From: Novosphingobium sp.
GTDB lineage: Bacteria > Pseudomonadota > Alphaproteobacteria > Sphingomonadales > Sphingomonadaceae
Length of the DNA stretch: 64,000 bases
Assembly (NCBI RefSeq): GCF_040398825.1
Contig: NZ_JBBATI010000018.1
Coordinates: forward strand, 323-64,322
Direction: 5' to 3'
The number at the start of each line of letters is the position of its first letter. The stretch's first letter is position 1. The notes below the pieces were generated by a model that saw nothing but the letters and a program-made list of their open reading frames with translations, had not been told where the DNA came from and did no database searches. The translations under genes were made by a program, and so were the position numbers. Positions 22,131 to 32,020 of this stretch are shown here, piece after piece.

Positions 22131-22910
22131 ATGCTGCTGGCCATTGACGTTGGCAATACCAATGTCGTCTTTGCGCTAATCGACGGGCGCGACATTGTCG
22201 GGCGCTGGCGGATCGCCACCGATCCGCGCCGCACGGCCGATGAATACGCGGTCTGGCTGTTGCAATTGCTGAACCTGCAGGGGCTGAAGCCCGATGTGGT
22301 GGACAAGGTCATCGTGTCGAACGTGGTGCCGCGCGCGCTGCACAACATCCAGGTGCTGTCGAACAAGTATTTTCATCAGGACGCGATGATCGCGGGCGAA
22401 CCGCCGGTCGACTGGGGGTTCCGGCTCGATATCGACAACCCGCGCTCGGTCGGGGCGGATCGCGCGGTCAACACCGTGGCGGCGCATGCGCGGTTTGCGG
22501 GCGATCTGATCGTGGTCGATTTCGGCACTGCCACCACGTTTGACGTGATCGATGGCGAAGGCACTTATAAAGGCGGGATCATCGCGCCGGGAATCAACCT
22601 GTCGCTGGAGGCACTGGTCAATGCCGCCGCGCGCCTGCCGCGCATCGCCATCGAAGCGCCGCGCGATAATGGAAGTGTGATCGGCCGCAATACCGAGGAC
22701 GCGATGCATATCGGCGTGTTCTGGGGCTATGTCGCGATGATGGAGGGGTTGATCGCGCGGCTGCGGGTGGAAATCGGCCGCCCGGTCACCGTGGTCGCCA
22801 CCGGCGGGCTGGCCGTGCTGTTCCACCAGCATACGACGATTTTCGACCATGTCGAAACCGACCTCACCCTTGACGGGCTTGCCCTGCTGGCCGAACGGGT
22901 CCAGCGGTAA
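22131..22910 (+). CDS. coaX: type III pantothenate kinase
   Basis: [29 protein letters not shown]. Confidence 0.92.
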   Translation: MLLAIDVGNTNVVFALIDGRDIVGRWRIATDPRRTADEYAVWLLQLLNLQGLKPDVVDKVIVSNVVPRALHNIQVLSNKYFHQDAMIAGEPPVDWGFRLDIDNPRSVGADRAVNTVAAHARFAGDLIVVDFGTATTFDVIDGEGTYKGGIIAPGINLSLEALVNAAARLPRIAIEAPRDNGSVIGRNTEDAMHIGVFWGYVAMMEGLIARLRVEIGRPVTVVATGGLAVLFHQHTTIFDHVETDLTLDGLALLAERVQR

Positions 22911-22969
22911 AGGCATACGGGCGGGATTCGCCCGGTCATCATTGTCTGTCTCAACATTCAGGAATTTTC

Positions 22970-24622
22970 GTGAAGCCTGGTAAGGAATTGCTGTTCTGTG
23001 CGCTCGGTGGGTCGGGCGAAATCGGGATGAACGTCAACCTCTATGGCTGTAATGGCAAGTGGTTGATGGTTGATCTGGGTATGACCTTTTCCGACCCGTG
23101 GTACCCCGGGGTCGACCTGGTGTTCGCCGATCTGGAATTTATCGAGGAACGGTCGAAAGACCTGCTCGGCATCGTGCTGACCCACGCGCACGAAGATCAC
23201 ATCGGCGCGGTCCCCTATTTTGCGCTGGACCTGGGCGTGCCGCTTTACGCCACGCCGTTTACCGCGCGGCTGGTGCATGAAAAGCTGGTCGAGGCCGGGA
23301 TCGAACGCGATGTCGAACTGCGGGTGATCCAGAACGACGGATCATTGACGCTTGGGCCGTTCGATATCCGCTATGTGCCGCTGGCGCATTCGATCGCCGA
23401 GGGCAACGCGCTGGTGATCGACACGCCTTATGGCAGGGTGTTCCACACCGGCGACTGGAAACTGGATGACGCGCCGCAGATCGGTGAACCTGCAACACCG
23501 GCCGAACTGACCGAAATCGGGGATAGCGGCGTTTTGGCGCTGGTGTGCGATTCAACCAATGTGTTCAATCCCAAACCATCGGGTTCCGAAGGCGCGGTGC
23601 GCGATGGCTTGCTGGAAACGGTGACCGCGCTCAAAGGCCGGCGGGTGGTGGTCACCACCTTTGCCTCGAACGTCGCGCGCTTGCAGACGCTGGCCTGGGT
23701 GGCCGAACAGACCGGGCGGCGGCTGGTGGTGGCCGGGCGTTCGCTCGATCGCATCATCGGCGCGGCCAAGGCGACCGGTTATCTGAAAGATTTTCCGCAG
23801 ACGGTGCCGATGGACCGGGCGATGGAATTGCCGCGCGGGCAAGTGCTGGTGCTCGCCACCGGCGGGCAGGGCGAACCGCGCGCGGCATTGGCGCGCATCG
23901 CCAGTGAATCCCACCCGGTCAAGCTGGAATCCGGCGATGCCGTGGTGTTTTCCAGCCGGCAGATCCCCGGCAACGAACTGGCGATCGGGCGCATCCAGAA
24001 CACGCTGGCAGGCCGTGGCGTGCGGCTGATTACCGACAAACAATCGATGATCCACGTGTCGGGGCATCCCGGCCGGCCCGAATTGATTGAGCTGTACAAA
24101 TGGATCCGGCCCGAAATTCTGGTGCCGGTGCATGGCGAAGTGCGCCACATGGATGAACAGGCGCGGCTGGGCAAGGAACAGGGCATCCCGCGCACCATCC
24201 TGCAGAAAAACGGCGATCTGATCCGGCTGGCCCCCGACGGCCCGCACAAGATCAAGGAAGTGCGCAACGGCCGGCTGGTGCTGGATGGCGATATCATCGC
24301 ACCCGCCGATGGCGAAGCGCTGGCGACCCGGCGCAAGCTGTCGCAAAGCGGGCTGATCACCGTCGCGCTGGCCGTGAACCCGGAAGGCAAACTGTGCTCG
24401 CCGGTCGAAATCGCCACGCTGGGCATTCCGCTGGATGAAGACCTCGATACCTTTGTGGCCGAGGCGCAGGCCGATGCCGCCAATGCCGTTTCCACGCTGA
24501 AGGGTGATCGCAAGCGCAACCGCGGTGCCATTGCGGAGGCGGTGCGGCTGGCCGTGCGGCGCTGCGGTGACCGCTGGATCGGCAAAAAGCCGATGGTCCA
24601 GGTCATGCTGCGCGACCATTGA
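22970..24622 (+). CDS. rnj: ribonuclease J (metallo-beta-lactamase / beta-CASP)
   Basis: GTG 22970, 550 aa. HAHEDHIGA motif and later beta-CASP-like blocks (HVSGHPGRPEL, VPVHGE). Confidence 0.88.
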   Translation: MKPGKELLFCALGGSGEIGMNVNLYGCNGKWLMVDLGMTFSDPWYPGVDLVFADLEFIEERSKDLLGIVLTHAHEDHIGAVPYFALDLGVPLYATPFTARLVHEKLVEAGIERDVELRVIQNDGSLTLGPFDIRYVPLAHSIAEGNALVIDTPYGRVFHTGDWKLDDAPQIGEPATPAELTEIGDSGVLALVCDSTNVFNPKPSGSEGAVRDGLLETVTALKGRRVVVTTFASNVARLQTLAWVAEQTGRRLVVAGRSLDRIIGAAKATGYLKDFPQTVPMDRAMELPRGQVLVLATGGQGEPRAALARIASESHPVKLESGDAVVFSSRQIPGNELAIGRIQNTLAGRGVRLITDKQSMIHVSGHPGRPELIELYKWIRPEILVPVHGEVRHMDEQARLGKEQGIPRTILQKNGDLIRLAPDGPHKIKEVRNGRLVLDGDIIAPADGEALATRRKLSQSGLITVALAVNPEGKLCSPVEIATLGIPLDEDLDTFVAEAQADAANAVSTLKGDRKRNRGAIAEAVRLAVRRCGDRWIGKKPMVQVMLRDH

Positions 24623-24631
24623 CGTCAGAAT

Positions 24632-24744
24632 AGCCCTCCCCCTCAGGGGGAGGGTTGGGTGGGGGTGTCCCACGCCGTTATGTCACGCGACGATCCGGCG
24701 TCAGACACCCCTCCCCAACCCCTCCGCTTAGGGGAGGGGCTTTT
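24632..24744. repeat. ~115-bp nested-palindrome element, copy B
   Basis: agccctccccctcagggggagggttgggtgggggtgtcc ... gacacccctccccaacccctccgcttaggggaggggcttt. Begins 10 nt after the rnj stop. Confidence 0.9.
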
Positions 24745-24772
24745 CAAGGTGATACAAAGCGGAGCCCATACG

Positions 24773-25048
24773 ATGCGCTGGACATCGATCATTGCCATTT
24801 TCGCGCTGTTCTGGGTACTGTCGGCGTTTCTGGTCATGCCGTTCGGCATCCGCACGCATGACGAACTGGGGCTGGAAAAGATCCCCGGCCAGGTTCACAG
24901 CGCGCCCGCCAACCTCAGCCCGCGGCTGATCATGCGCCGTGCCACGGTGCTGGCGGTGGTGTCATTCGGGTTGTATTATGCCAATTACGTCAATCACTGG
25001 ATCACGATCCAGGATCTCGACATTTCGCACCTGATCGGGTTGTACTGA
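24773..25048 (+). CDS. small membrane protein, DUF1467-like
   Basis: ATG 24773 with GCGGAG 8 nt upstream; the ORF-track start 24659 lies in repeat B. 91 aa, two TM (WTSIIAIFALFWVLSAFLVMPF; VLAVVSFGLYYANYV). Sits after nuo-birA-coaX-rnj, as I recall for this family in alphaproteobacteria. Confidence 0.6.
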   Translation: MRWTSIIAIFALFWVLSAFLVMPFGIRTHDELGLEKIPGQVHSAPANLSPRLIMRRATVLAVVSFGLYYANYVNHWITIQDLDISHLIGLY

Positions 25049-25073
25049 TCCGCGCGGATCAGGCCCAAACTCC

Positions 25074-25763
25074 TCACACCCCTTCGAGCGCGTATCCCGC
25101 TGACCGCACGGTGCGCACCGGGTCGGGTGCGCCCGGCACGGCGATCGCCTGGCGCAGGCGGCGGATATGCACATCGACCGTGCGCAGTTCGATATCGCTG
25201 CCGCTGCCCCACACCGCGTCGAGCAATTGCCCGCGCGAAAACACCCGGCCGGGGTGTTCCATAAAATGGCGCAGCAGGCGAAATTCGGTCGGGCCGATCT
25301 TGATCGCTTCGCCACAGCGGCTGACACGGTGGGCGGTCGGGTCCAGCGACAGATCACCCACCGTAATCGTTTCCCCCGCCAGCGCGGGGCGCACGCGGCG
25401 CAGCACAGCGCCGACACGCGCAATCAGTTCGCGCGGGGAAAACGGCTTGGTCACATAATCGTCGGCGCCGGTTTCCAGCCCGCGCACGCGGTCATCTTCA
25501 TCACTGCGCGCGGTCAGCATGATGATCGGCACATGCGCGGTGGCCTTTTGCCGGCGCAGGCGACGGCACACTTCGATCCCGCTGGTTCCGCCGATCATCC
25601 AGTCCAGCAGCACCAGATCAGGCGTATCCTCGGCCGCCAGCAGCAGCGCCTCATCACCATCGTCGGTGGTGCGCACGTCATAGCCTTCACCGCGGAACCG
25701 GTATTCCACCAGTTCGGCCAGCGCGGTATCGTCCTCTACCAGCAGCAGCTTTGGCGCCGACAT
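25074..25763 (-). CDS. phoB: phosphate regulon response regulator
   Basis: ATG 25763. Receiver KLLLVEDD...DLVLLDWMIGG plus OmpR-type winged helix IKIGPTEFRLLRHFMEHPGRVFSRGQLLD. Adjacent to phoU and phoR. Confidence 0.9.
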   Translation of the reverse strand: MSAPKLLLVEDDTALAELVEYRFRGEGYDVRTTDDGDEALLLAAEDTPDLVLLDWMIGGTSGIEVCRRLRRQKATAHVPIIMLTARSDEDDRVRGLETGADDYVTKPFSPRELIARVGAVLRRVRPALAGETITVGDLSLDPTAHRVSRCGEAIKIGPTEFRLLRHFMEHPGRVFSRGQLLDAVWGSGSDIELRTVDVHIRRLRQAIAVPGAPDPVRTVRSAGYALEGV

Positions 25764-25866
25764 TTGGTGATTTCCCCATCCTTGGCCAGGTGTAAAGCCC
25801 CGTCCCGGCATCCTGCGCAGACACCAGCAATGTTACGCCGTTATGACTAAACCACCACACCCCCGG

Positions 25867-26553
25867 TCAGCCAGGGGGTAGCACATCTTCACGTTCGGGC
25901 AGGTACGTACCGGTCGCCGCAAAGTGTACCATTTCGGCAATGTTGGTGGCGTGATCGCCGATCCGTTCGATGTTGCGCGCGACGAACATCAATTGCGCCA
26001 CGCTGCTGATCGTGGCGGGGTTCTCCACCATATATGACACAAAGTTGCGAAACACGCTGTCGTAAAACGCATCGACTTTCGCATCGCGCTGGACGATTTC
26101 GGCCGCCGCCACCGGGTCGCGCGCGGCATAGGCGGTCAGCACGTCGTGCACCATTTCGCCGGCCAGTTCGTTCATCATCGGCAACAATGTCAGCGGTTCA
26201 AACCGCTTGCGCCCTTCGATATGGCCCACACGCTTGGCGATGTTCTTGGCATAATCGCCGATGCGTTCGATCACCCCGGCAATTTTCAGCGCGGCAATCA
26301 CTTCGCGCAGGTCATCGGCCATCGGCGCGCGCAGCGCCAGCACCCGCACCGACAGCCGGTCGACCTCGCTTTCCAGCAGATCGATGCGCCGGTCGCGCGC
26401 GATCACCTGGGCGGCAAGCACTTCGTTGCCGCTGACCAGCGCGTCCATGGCATCGGTGATCGACAGTTCGGCCAGACCGCCCATTTCGGCGATCAGCCCG
26501 CGCAACCGCGTGATGTCTTCGTCAAACGCCTTCACGGTGTGTTCTGCAACCAT
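25867..26553 (-). CDS. phoU: phosphate signalling complex protein PhoU
   Basis: 228 aa with two PhoU repeats (ERIGDYAKNIA / ERIGDHATNIA). Confidence 0.92.
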   Translation of the reverse strand: MVAEHTVKAFDEDITRLRGLIAEMGGLAELSITDAMDALVSGNEVLAAQVIARDRRIDLLESEVDRLSVRVLALRAPMADDLREVIAALKIAGVIERIGDYAKNIAKRVGHIEGRKRFEPLTLLPMMNELAGEMVHDVLTAYAARDPVAAAEIVQRDAKVDAFYDSVFRNFVSYMVENPATISSVAQLMFVARNIERIGDHATNIAEMVHFAATGTYLPEREDVLPPG

Positions 26554-26741
26554 GCGGCAGGGTCCTGTGTTGAAAGGAGCGTCGGTTTGGCCGGGTCGGA
26601 CCGGGGCGAAATGTTACAACCCGTGGTGGGACGATTCGGCGGTTTAGGGAAGATGCCTGATCGACTTGCCAACCGCCGATTGCGATCTTTTTTAGCGGGA
26701 TGGGTTATCCGCCGCGTTGAATGACCCGCAACCGGCCTGTG

Positions 26742-27962
26742 TCAGCCCACCGCACGACCGGGCAGGGCACCAGCGGTCTGGTCAATCAGCGTCAGCCGGA
26801 TGGTGACCGTCGTGCCTACCCCCAGCTTGCTGGTGATGTCCATCCGTCCGCGGTGGCGTTCGACGATATGTTTGACAATCGCCAGCCCCAGCCCGGTGCC
26901 CCCCGCCGCGCGGCTGCGGCCCGGATCGGTGCGATAGAACCGCCGGGTCAGATGCGGGATATGGTCGGGATGAATGCCCTCGCCATGGTCGGTCACGGTC
27001 AGCACCGCTTCGTGCAGGCCGCGCACCACACGCAATTCGACCGCGCGTTTTGCGTCGGAATATTTCATCGAATTGTCGATCAGGTTGCGGATGATCTGGT
27101 CCAGCTGCTGGCGATCACCTTGCACCACGGCATCATCGGTTTCGACCACGATGCGATCATCGCCCACGGTTGCCGCCACTTCGCCGCCGATCGACGCCGC
27201 CATCTGCCCCAGATCGATGTGGTCGCGCGGCAGGTCGTGCTTTTCCGCCTCGATCCGCGACAGCGACATCAGATCTTCGACCAGATGCTGCAACCGCCGC
27301 GCTTCACGCAATACGGTCGCGTGAAACCGTGCGCTGGTGGCGGCATCGATGCGCGCATCGGGGTCGGCCAGCGTTTCGATATAACCGATGATCGATGCCA
27401 GCGGCGTGCGCAGTTCGTGGCTGGCGTTGGCGACAAAATCGGTGTGTGCGCGGCTGACATCGGCCTCTGCCGTGCGGTCGGCCAGTTCGATCAGCGAATA
27501 GCGGTCGTCCACTGGCACCCGGCGCACGTGCCAGATGCTGCGCGGCCCGGTCAGCCCGCGCACGGTCACGCTGCCTTCGCGGGCGTCGAGCAGGGTGATC
27601 GCCTCTGGATGGCGCAGCGCCACACGCGCATCCTGGCCGACGATATGTGCCCCCAGTTCGGCACGCGCGGCGGCATTGGCGGCGGCAATGCGCTGCCCGT
27701 CCAGCATCAGCACCGGCACGCCAAACGGTTCGATCAGGTTGGCCATGACATCGCGCGACACCGGGCTTTCTTCGACCACGCGCTGCACTTCGATCACGGG
27801 TTCGGCCTGCCACAGCCACAGGCTGCCCATCCACACCACCACCACCGCCAGGATCAGCACGGGTTGCACCCCGGCGATCAGCATGGCCACCCCGGCAAGC
27901 ACCGCGATGGCCATGCCGGGCCAGGGCAGCGCGAAAATGGGCCGGGACTTTGGTTTGGTCAT
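26742..27962 (-). CDS. phoR: sensor histidine kinase, PhoR-like
   Basis: Two N-terminal TM segments. H-box SHELRTPLASI, N box NLIDNSMKYS, G boxes DHGEGI and GGTGLGLAIVKH. Context with phoU-phoB. Confidence 0.8.
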   Translation of the reverse strand: MTKPKSRPIFALPWPGMAIAVLAGVAMLIAGVQPVLILAVVVVWMGSLWLWQAEPVIEVQRVVEESPVSRDVMANLIEPFGVPVLMLDGQRIAAANAAARAELGAHIVGQDARVALRHPEAITLLDAREGSVTVRGLTGPRSIWHVRRVPVDDRYSLIELADRTAEADVSRAHTDFVANASHELRTPLASIIGYIETLADPDARIDAATSARFHATVLREARRLQHLVEDLMSLSRIEAEKHDLPRDHIDLGQMAASIGGEVAATVGDDRIVVETDDAVVQGDRQQLDQIIRNLIDNSMKYSDAKRAVELRVVRGLHEAVLTVTDHGEGIHPDHIPHLTRRFYRTDPGRSRAAGGTGLGLAIVKHIVERHRGRMDITSKLGVGTTVTIRLTLIDQTAGALPGRAVG

Positions 27963-28077
27963 GGGGTGGTGATGATCATCGTGCCGGCTTCATCGCAGGG
28001 GAACCGTCGCGGTACCAGCGCTTCGTTACGGAATGCGTACAAAAACATATGGTGCAATAACAGGAGGTCATGTGCAT

Positions 28078-28305
28078 TCAGCCACCGTGGCGCAATCCGA
28101 CCGCGACACATACGATCGCCAGCATCAGCGCCACGATCGATACCTGGCCCCACGATATCAGCGATACCCGGTCAAGATCGCGCCGCCGTCTGTGCTGAGC
28201 ATCGCGGAACATGCCAAAGCCAGCCAGCGCCCCGGCGACTGCCGCGATCACGAAAAACGGGTTTGCGGTAATCGGGTTGTCAGTGATCAGGGTCTGAAGG
28301 TCCAT
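28078..28305 (-). CDS. hypothetical small membrane protein
   Basis: 75-aa ORF with two hydrophobic segments (FFVIAAVAGALAGFGMF; VSIVALMLAIVCVAV) around an RRRR loop. Codon usage acceptable. No family recognised. Confidence 0.35.
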   Translation of the reverse strand: MDLQTLITDNPITANPFFVIAAVAGALAGFGMFRDAQHRRRRDLDRVSLISWGQVSIVALMLAIVCVAVGLRHGG

Positions 28306-28340
28306 GCGCGCGCCATATGCGCCGCGCAGGCATTTGCCAA

Positions 28341-28415
28341 TGGTGACCCCTACGGGAATCGAACCCGTGTTTCAGCCGTGAAAGGGCCGCGTCCTAACCG
28401 CTAGACGAAGGGGCC
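28341..28415 (-). tRNA. tRNA-Glu (anticodon UUC), CCA encoded
   Basis: Reverse complement GGCCCCTTCGTCTAGCGGTTAGGACGCGGCCCTTTCACGGCTGAAACACGGGTTCGATTCCCGTAGGGGTCACCA folds as a cloverleaf by hand. 7-bp acceptor stem, anticodon loop CTTTCAC, T-loop TTCGATT. Confidence 0.95.
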
Positions 28416-28552
28416 AGCGGGCGTAGAACGCTGGGCAGGCCGCGCCTCTATTGGCTCTGTCCGGGCGCGTCAACCCAAATTTGACAGGTATTGTCATGCC
28501 CCTTTGGCTGGCGGGCAAACACCATGCAATCCGCCACCCGATCAGCCAGCGA

Positions 28553-30388
28553 TCAATCGGCAAAGGCGGCGTCATCGACATGCAATTCGGCGGCCGGGCG
28601 TTTGCCCCAATCATCGATGCGCGCGCGCCCGGCCAGCCAGAAGTGGCGGCCGCGGTGGCCATGCAACAGCGCCTGGCCCAGCGCGGTGGGGGCCGCACGA
28701 AACGCAATCGCCTTGAACGAACGGCCATCGTTTCCGGTGGCGACCATGCGCACGTGATCGGTGCCGACCGGTTCGCATTTCACCAGCCGCACCGGCCCGA
28801 TCGCCACGCGCGGCCCGGGCCAGCCGATGCCGAACGGCCCAGCCGCCTCCAACGTGGTCACCAGATCGGGGGTCAGCCCGCCGGGGGCCAGCGACAGATC
28901 GATCAGCAGCGTTTGCGTGGCACGCGCGCGCGCCACATCGCGCGCCAGGCGTTCTTGCAGAAAATCGCGCAAGGCGTCGATCCGGTCGGGATCGATCGTC
29001 AGCCCGCAGGCCATGGCATGGCCGCCGCCCGCCACCAGCAGGCCGGCATCGCGCGCGGCAATCACCGCTGCACCCAGATCGACCCCGACGATCGAGCGGC
29101 CCGATCCCTTGCCCACCAATCGCGTATCGTTGCCCGGCTGATCAGCCAGCGCTTCATCCGGGTTGATGCCGATGATCAGCGTCGGCCTGCCGGTCTTTTC
29201 CTTGATCCGCCCGGCCACGATGCCGATCACCCCGGGGTGCCAGCCGGGGCCGGCCAGCACGTTGACGGTGCAATCACCTTTGCGCGCCAGCTCCGCCTCG
29301 GCCGCTTCCTGCACCACCTGTTCGATCCCGCGGCGTTCGTCGTTGAGCAGCGACAGCTGCGCGGCGATCGTCGCCGCCTCGTCACCATCCAGCGTGGTCA
29401 GCAGCCGCACGCCCAGCGAACTGTCGCCGATCCGCCCCGCCGCGTTGATGCGCGGGCCCAGCGCAAAGCCCAGGTCGCTGCACCCCGGGCTGCGGCCCAG
29501 CCGGCTGGCATCGATCAGCGCGGCCAGCCCGACATTGTCACGGCGCGCCATCACTTTCAGCCCTTGCGCCACCAGCGCGCGGTTAAGCCCGCGCAGTTGC
29601 GCCACATCGGCCACCGTGCCCAGCGCGACCAGATCGAGCAGGCCCATCAGATCGGGCGGTGACCCGGTGCCGAAAAAGCCGCGCGTGCGCAGATCGCGCG
29701 CGGTCGCCACCGCCAGCAGGAACGCCATGCCCACCGCAGCCAGGTGCCCGTGCGCAGCGGCGGCATCGCTTTCATCCAGCCGGTTGGGGTTGACCAGCGC
29801 CACCGCCACCGGCAGCTCTGCGCCGCATTTGTGGTGGTCGACTACGATCACCGCGACCCCGGCGGCGGCGGCCATCGCCAGCGCTTCGTGCGCCATCGCG
29901 CCGCAATCGACGGTGATCACCAGTTGCGCGCCTTCGGCCCCCAGCCGCACCAGTGCGGCGCCGGATGGGCCATATCCTTCCAACAGGCGATCGGGGATAT
30001 AGGCGCGGGCATCATGCCCGCACATCCGTAAAAACCGGATCAGCAGCGCCGCGCTGGTGGCGCCATCAACGTCATAATCGCCATAGACTGCGATCGCTTC
30101 GCCCGCGCAGATGGCACTGGCCAGCCGCGCCGCTGCGGTGTCCATATCGCGAAAGATCGATGGATCGGGCAGAAATTCGCGCAAGGTCGGGCGGCGCTGG
30201 CGATCAAGATCCGCCCTGTCGATCCCGCGTGACAACAGCAATTGATCGATCAGGTCATCGCCCGCCGCGCTGGCGCTGCCGGCACCGTGTCCGCCAATAT
30301 CGTCTGTGCCAAAATCCATGTTGCCGCCGCGCCAGCGCCAGGCCAGTCCGGATAGCGATTGGTCGATGGTCGAAATGGATTTGATCAT
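28553..30388 (-). CDS. recJ: single-stranded-DNA-specific exonuclease RecJ
   Basis: 611 aa. DHH-family motifs AVYGDYDVDGATS, VIVVDHH, GGGHAMACG. Confidence 0.95.
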   Translation of the reverse strand: MIKSISTIDQSLSGLAWRWRGGNMDFGTDDIGGHGAGSASAAGDDLIDQLLLSRGIDRADLDRQRRPTLREFLPDPSIFRDMDTAAARLASAICAGEAIAVYGDYDVDGATSAALLIRFLRMCGHDARAYIPDRLLEGYGPSGAALVRLGAEGAQLVITVDCGAMAHEALAMAAAAGVAVIVVDHHKCGAELPVAVALVNPNRLDESDAAAAHGHLAAVGMAFLLAVATARDLRTRGFFGTGSPPDLMGLLDLVALGTVADVAQLRGLNRALVAQGLKVMARRDNVGLAALIDASRLGRSPGCSDLGFALGPRINAAGRIGDSSLGVRLLTTLDGDEAATIAAQLSLLNDERRGIEQVVQEAAEAELARKGDCTVNVLAGPGWHPGVIGIVAGRIKEKTGRPTLIIGINPDEALADQPGNDTRLVGKGSGRSIVGVDLGAAVIAARDAGLLVAGGGHAMACGLTIDPDRIDALRDFLQERLARDVARARATQTLLIDLSLAPGGLTPDLVTTLEAAGPFGIGWPGPRVAIGPVRLVKCEPVGTDHVRMVATGNDGRSFKAIAFRAAPTALGQALLHGHRGRHFWLAGRARIDDWGKRPAAELHVDDAAFAD

Positions 30389-30628
30389 GGCATCGATTAG
30401 GCCAAGTTTGCCCGGGGTTCAATTGGCGGTGCGCCGGTTTGCCCCCATACCCGCAAACGCGCCGCCGCATGCGCGGCGCACCCCGTCGGACACCGATGTG
30501 TTTGCGCTTGGCTTTGGCGTGGTCTTGGCGTTAGCTGCGCGCATAAGTCGCCCCCGCACGAACGGGGATTGCGCCGGCAGGCTGGTAATGCTGGTCCGGT
30601 GATGTTCAGGTTTGACGGGGGACAAGTC

Positions 30629-31987
30629 ATGATCAGCGATTTGGGGATTTCAAAACGGGCCCTGCTGGCGGGCGGTGCGCTGGCGGTGCTGGGCGGCGGC
30701 GTGGTGGCCACGATCGGCCATCTGCAGGCGGCACAGACCGTAACCGGGCCGGTGGCGCGCTATGACATGCGCGCGGGCACCACATCGGGCATGGCCGCGA
30801 TGATGAATGGCGCAGGCGGCGGTGGCGGGTTTGGTGCCGGGATGGCGATGGCGTTTGGTGGCGGCGGCCGCGGCGGACCGACGCACGAACTGACGCTGGA
30901 ACTGGGATCGACGCTGGCACCACAGGGCGGTGGCCCAAAGGCCGATCATTTCATGCCGGCCGGCGCGCGGCTGGGACTGTCGGTGCCGTTGAAAACCCCC
31001 GAACCGGTCAAAGTGACCGCATCGAAACCCGAAAACCCCGGTGAGCGTGAGTTCCGTCGTCCGCGCGGGCGCATGCTGATCTTCTGGGGTTGCGGTGAAC
31101 ATGCCCCGCCGGGACAGCCGGTGGTGATTGATTTTGCCAAGATGGCGGCGGGGCAGATGCCGCCCGGGTTGTGGACCAGTTCCGTGCCGCTCGATCGCTG
31201 GGTCAGCCTGGCGTCCAGCCGGACTTATGGCCACTGGCCCAATTCGGATGATCGCAAAACGGTATCATCCGACAGCGCACTGCCCGGTTTGCACCGGGTG
31301 GCCGGCAATTATTCGCCGCAGATGACCTTTACGCTGCAGCATGATTTCATGGCGCCGCTCAATGTCAGCAGCACCATTCAGCCATCGGGTTCGATTCTGA
31401 TGCGCTGGAATCTGCTGCCCGATGCGACCGGCTATTACGCCTCGCTGATGGGGGGCAACGGTGTCGGCCGGGGTGGGAGCGGCGGCGGTGACGGCGGGGA
31501 TATGCAGGACCTGGTCTGGTGGTCGTCGGCCACCACGCGCGAATTTGGCGGCGGGCTGTCCGACTGGTTGTCGCCCGCCACGGTGGCGCGGCTGGTGGCC
31601 GCGCGCACGGTGATGGCGCCGCAGACCGCAACCTGCACCATCCCGGCCGAGGTGCATGCCGCGGCGGCCAGTTTCATGATGACGACTATGCAGGGCTATG
31701 GCCCGGAAGAACGTTTTTCCTATCCGCCCCGGCCCGCCGACCCGCGCGTGGCGTGGCATATCGAATGGGAAGCGCGCATCCGTCACCGGTCGATGACCAG
31801 TTTCATGCCGGGCATGCCAGGCATGCCGGGCATGGGCGAAGGCCAGTCGCGTGATCAGCGGTCGCGCGATGCGCGCCAGAATTCCGGCGATCAGCCCTGC
31901 CAGCCGAAAAAGCGTCATGGCCTGGGCGGCCTTGGTGGCATGATCGGTGGCGTGTTGACCGGCGGGGCCAGCGGTGACGGGTGTTGA
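30629..31987 (+). CDS. hypothetical exported protein (Gly-rich N-region, PGM repeats near the C-terminus)
   Basis: ATG 30629 with GGGGGA 6 nt upstream. Signal-like ISKRALLAGGALAVLGGGVVA. Low-complexity GAGGGGGFGAGMAMAFGGGGRGG and FMPGMPGMPGMGEG. Central ~250 aa look globular. No family recognised. Confidence 0.6.
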   Translation: MISDLGISKRALLAGGALAVLGGGVVATIGHLQAAQTVTGPVARYDMRAGTTSGMAAMMNGAGGGGGFGAGMAMAFGGGGRGGPTHELTLELGSTLAPQGGGPKADHFMPAGARLGLSVPLKTPEPVKVTASKPENPGEREFRRPRGRMLIFWGCGEHAPPGQPVVIDFAKMAAGQMPPGLWTSSVPLDRWVSLASSRTYGHWPNSDDRKTVSSDSALPGLHRVAGNYSPQMTFTLQHDFMAPLNVSSTIQPSGSILMRWNLLPDATGYYASLMGGNGVGRGGSGGGDGGDMQDLVWWSSATTREFGGGLSDWLSPATVARLVAARTVMAPQTATCTIPAEVHAAAASFMMTTMQGYGPEERFSYPPRPADPRVAWHIEWEARIRHRSMTSFMPGMPGMPGMGEGQSRDQRSRDARQNSGDQPCQPKKRHGLGGLGGMIGGVLTGGASGDGC

Positions 31988-32020
31988 AGCCCGCCGCGAT
32001 CACGCTGTGAACGCAACGGT

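Noticed and set aside
25044-25061. Palindrome ctgatccgcgcggatcag between the convergent DUF1467 and phoB genes, considered as a bidirectional terminator
   Set aside because: The stem is only 7 bp with no flanking U/A tracts on either strand. That is insufficient to call a terminator, and it partly overlaps the DUF1467 stop.
26554-26741. Pho-box search upstream of phoU, and the TGACA-N5-TGTCA palindrome at 28482-28496
   Set aside because: No direct CTGTCAT-N4-CTGTCAT repeats were found. The 28.48-kb motif is an inverted rather than direct repeat and lies between the recJ stop and the tRNA, so I will not claim PhoB binding.
26721-28271. 516-aa + strand ORF opposite phoR
   Set aside because: Antisense to a histidine kinase with H, N and G boxes. 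No motifs of its own.
28078-28415. tRNA-Glu as a possible integration site of a genomic island
   Set aside because: There is no integrase, no direct repeat of the tRNA 3' end, and no foreign-looking genes on either side (phoR and recJ flank it).
28451-29662. 403-aa + strand ORF opposite recJ
   Set aside because: Shadow ORF. recJ DHH motifs are on the - strand.
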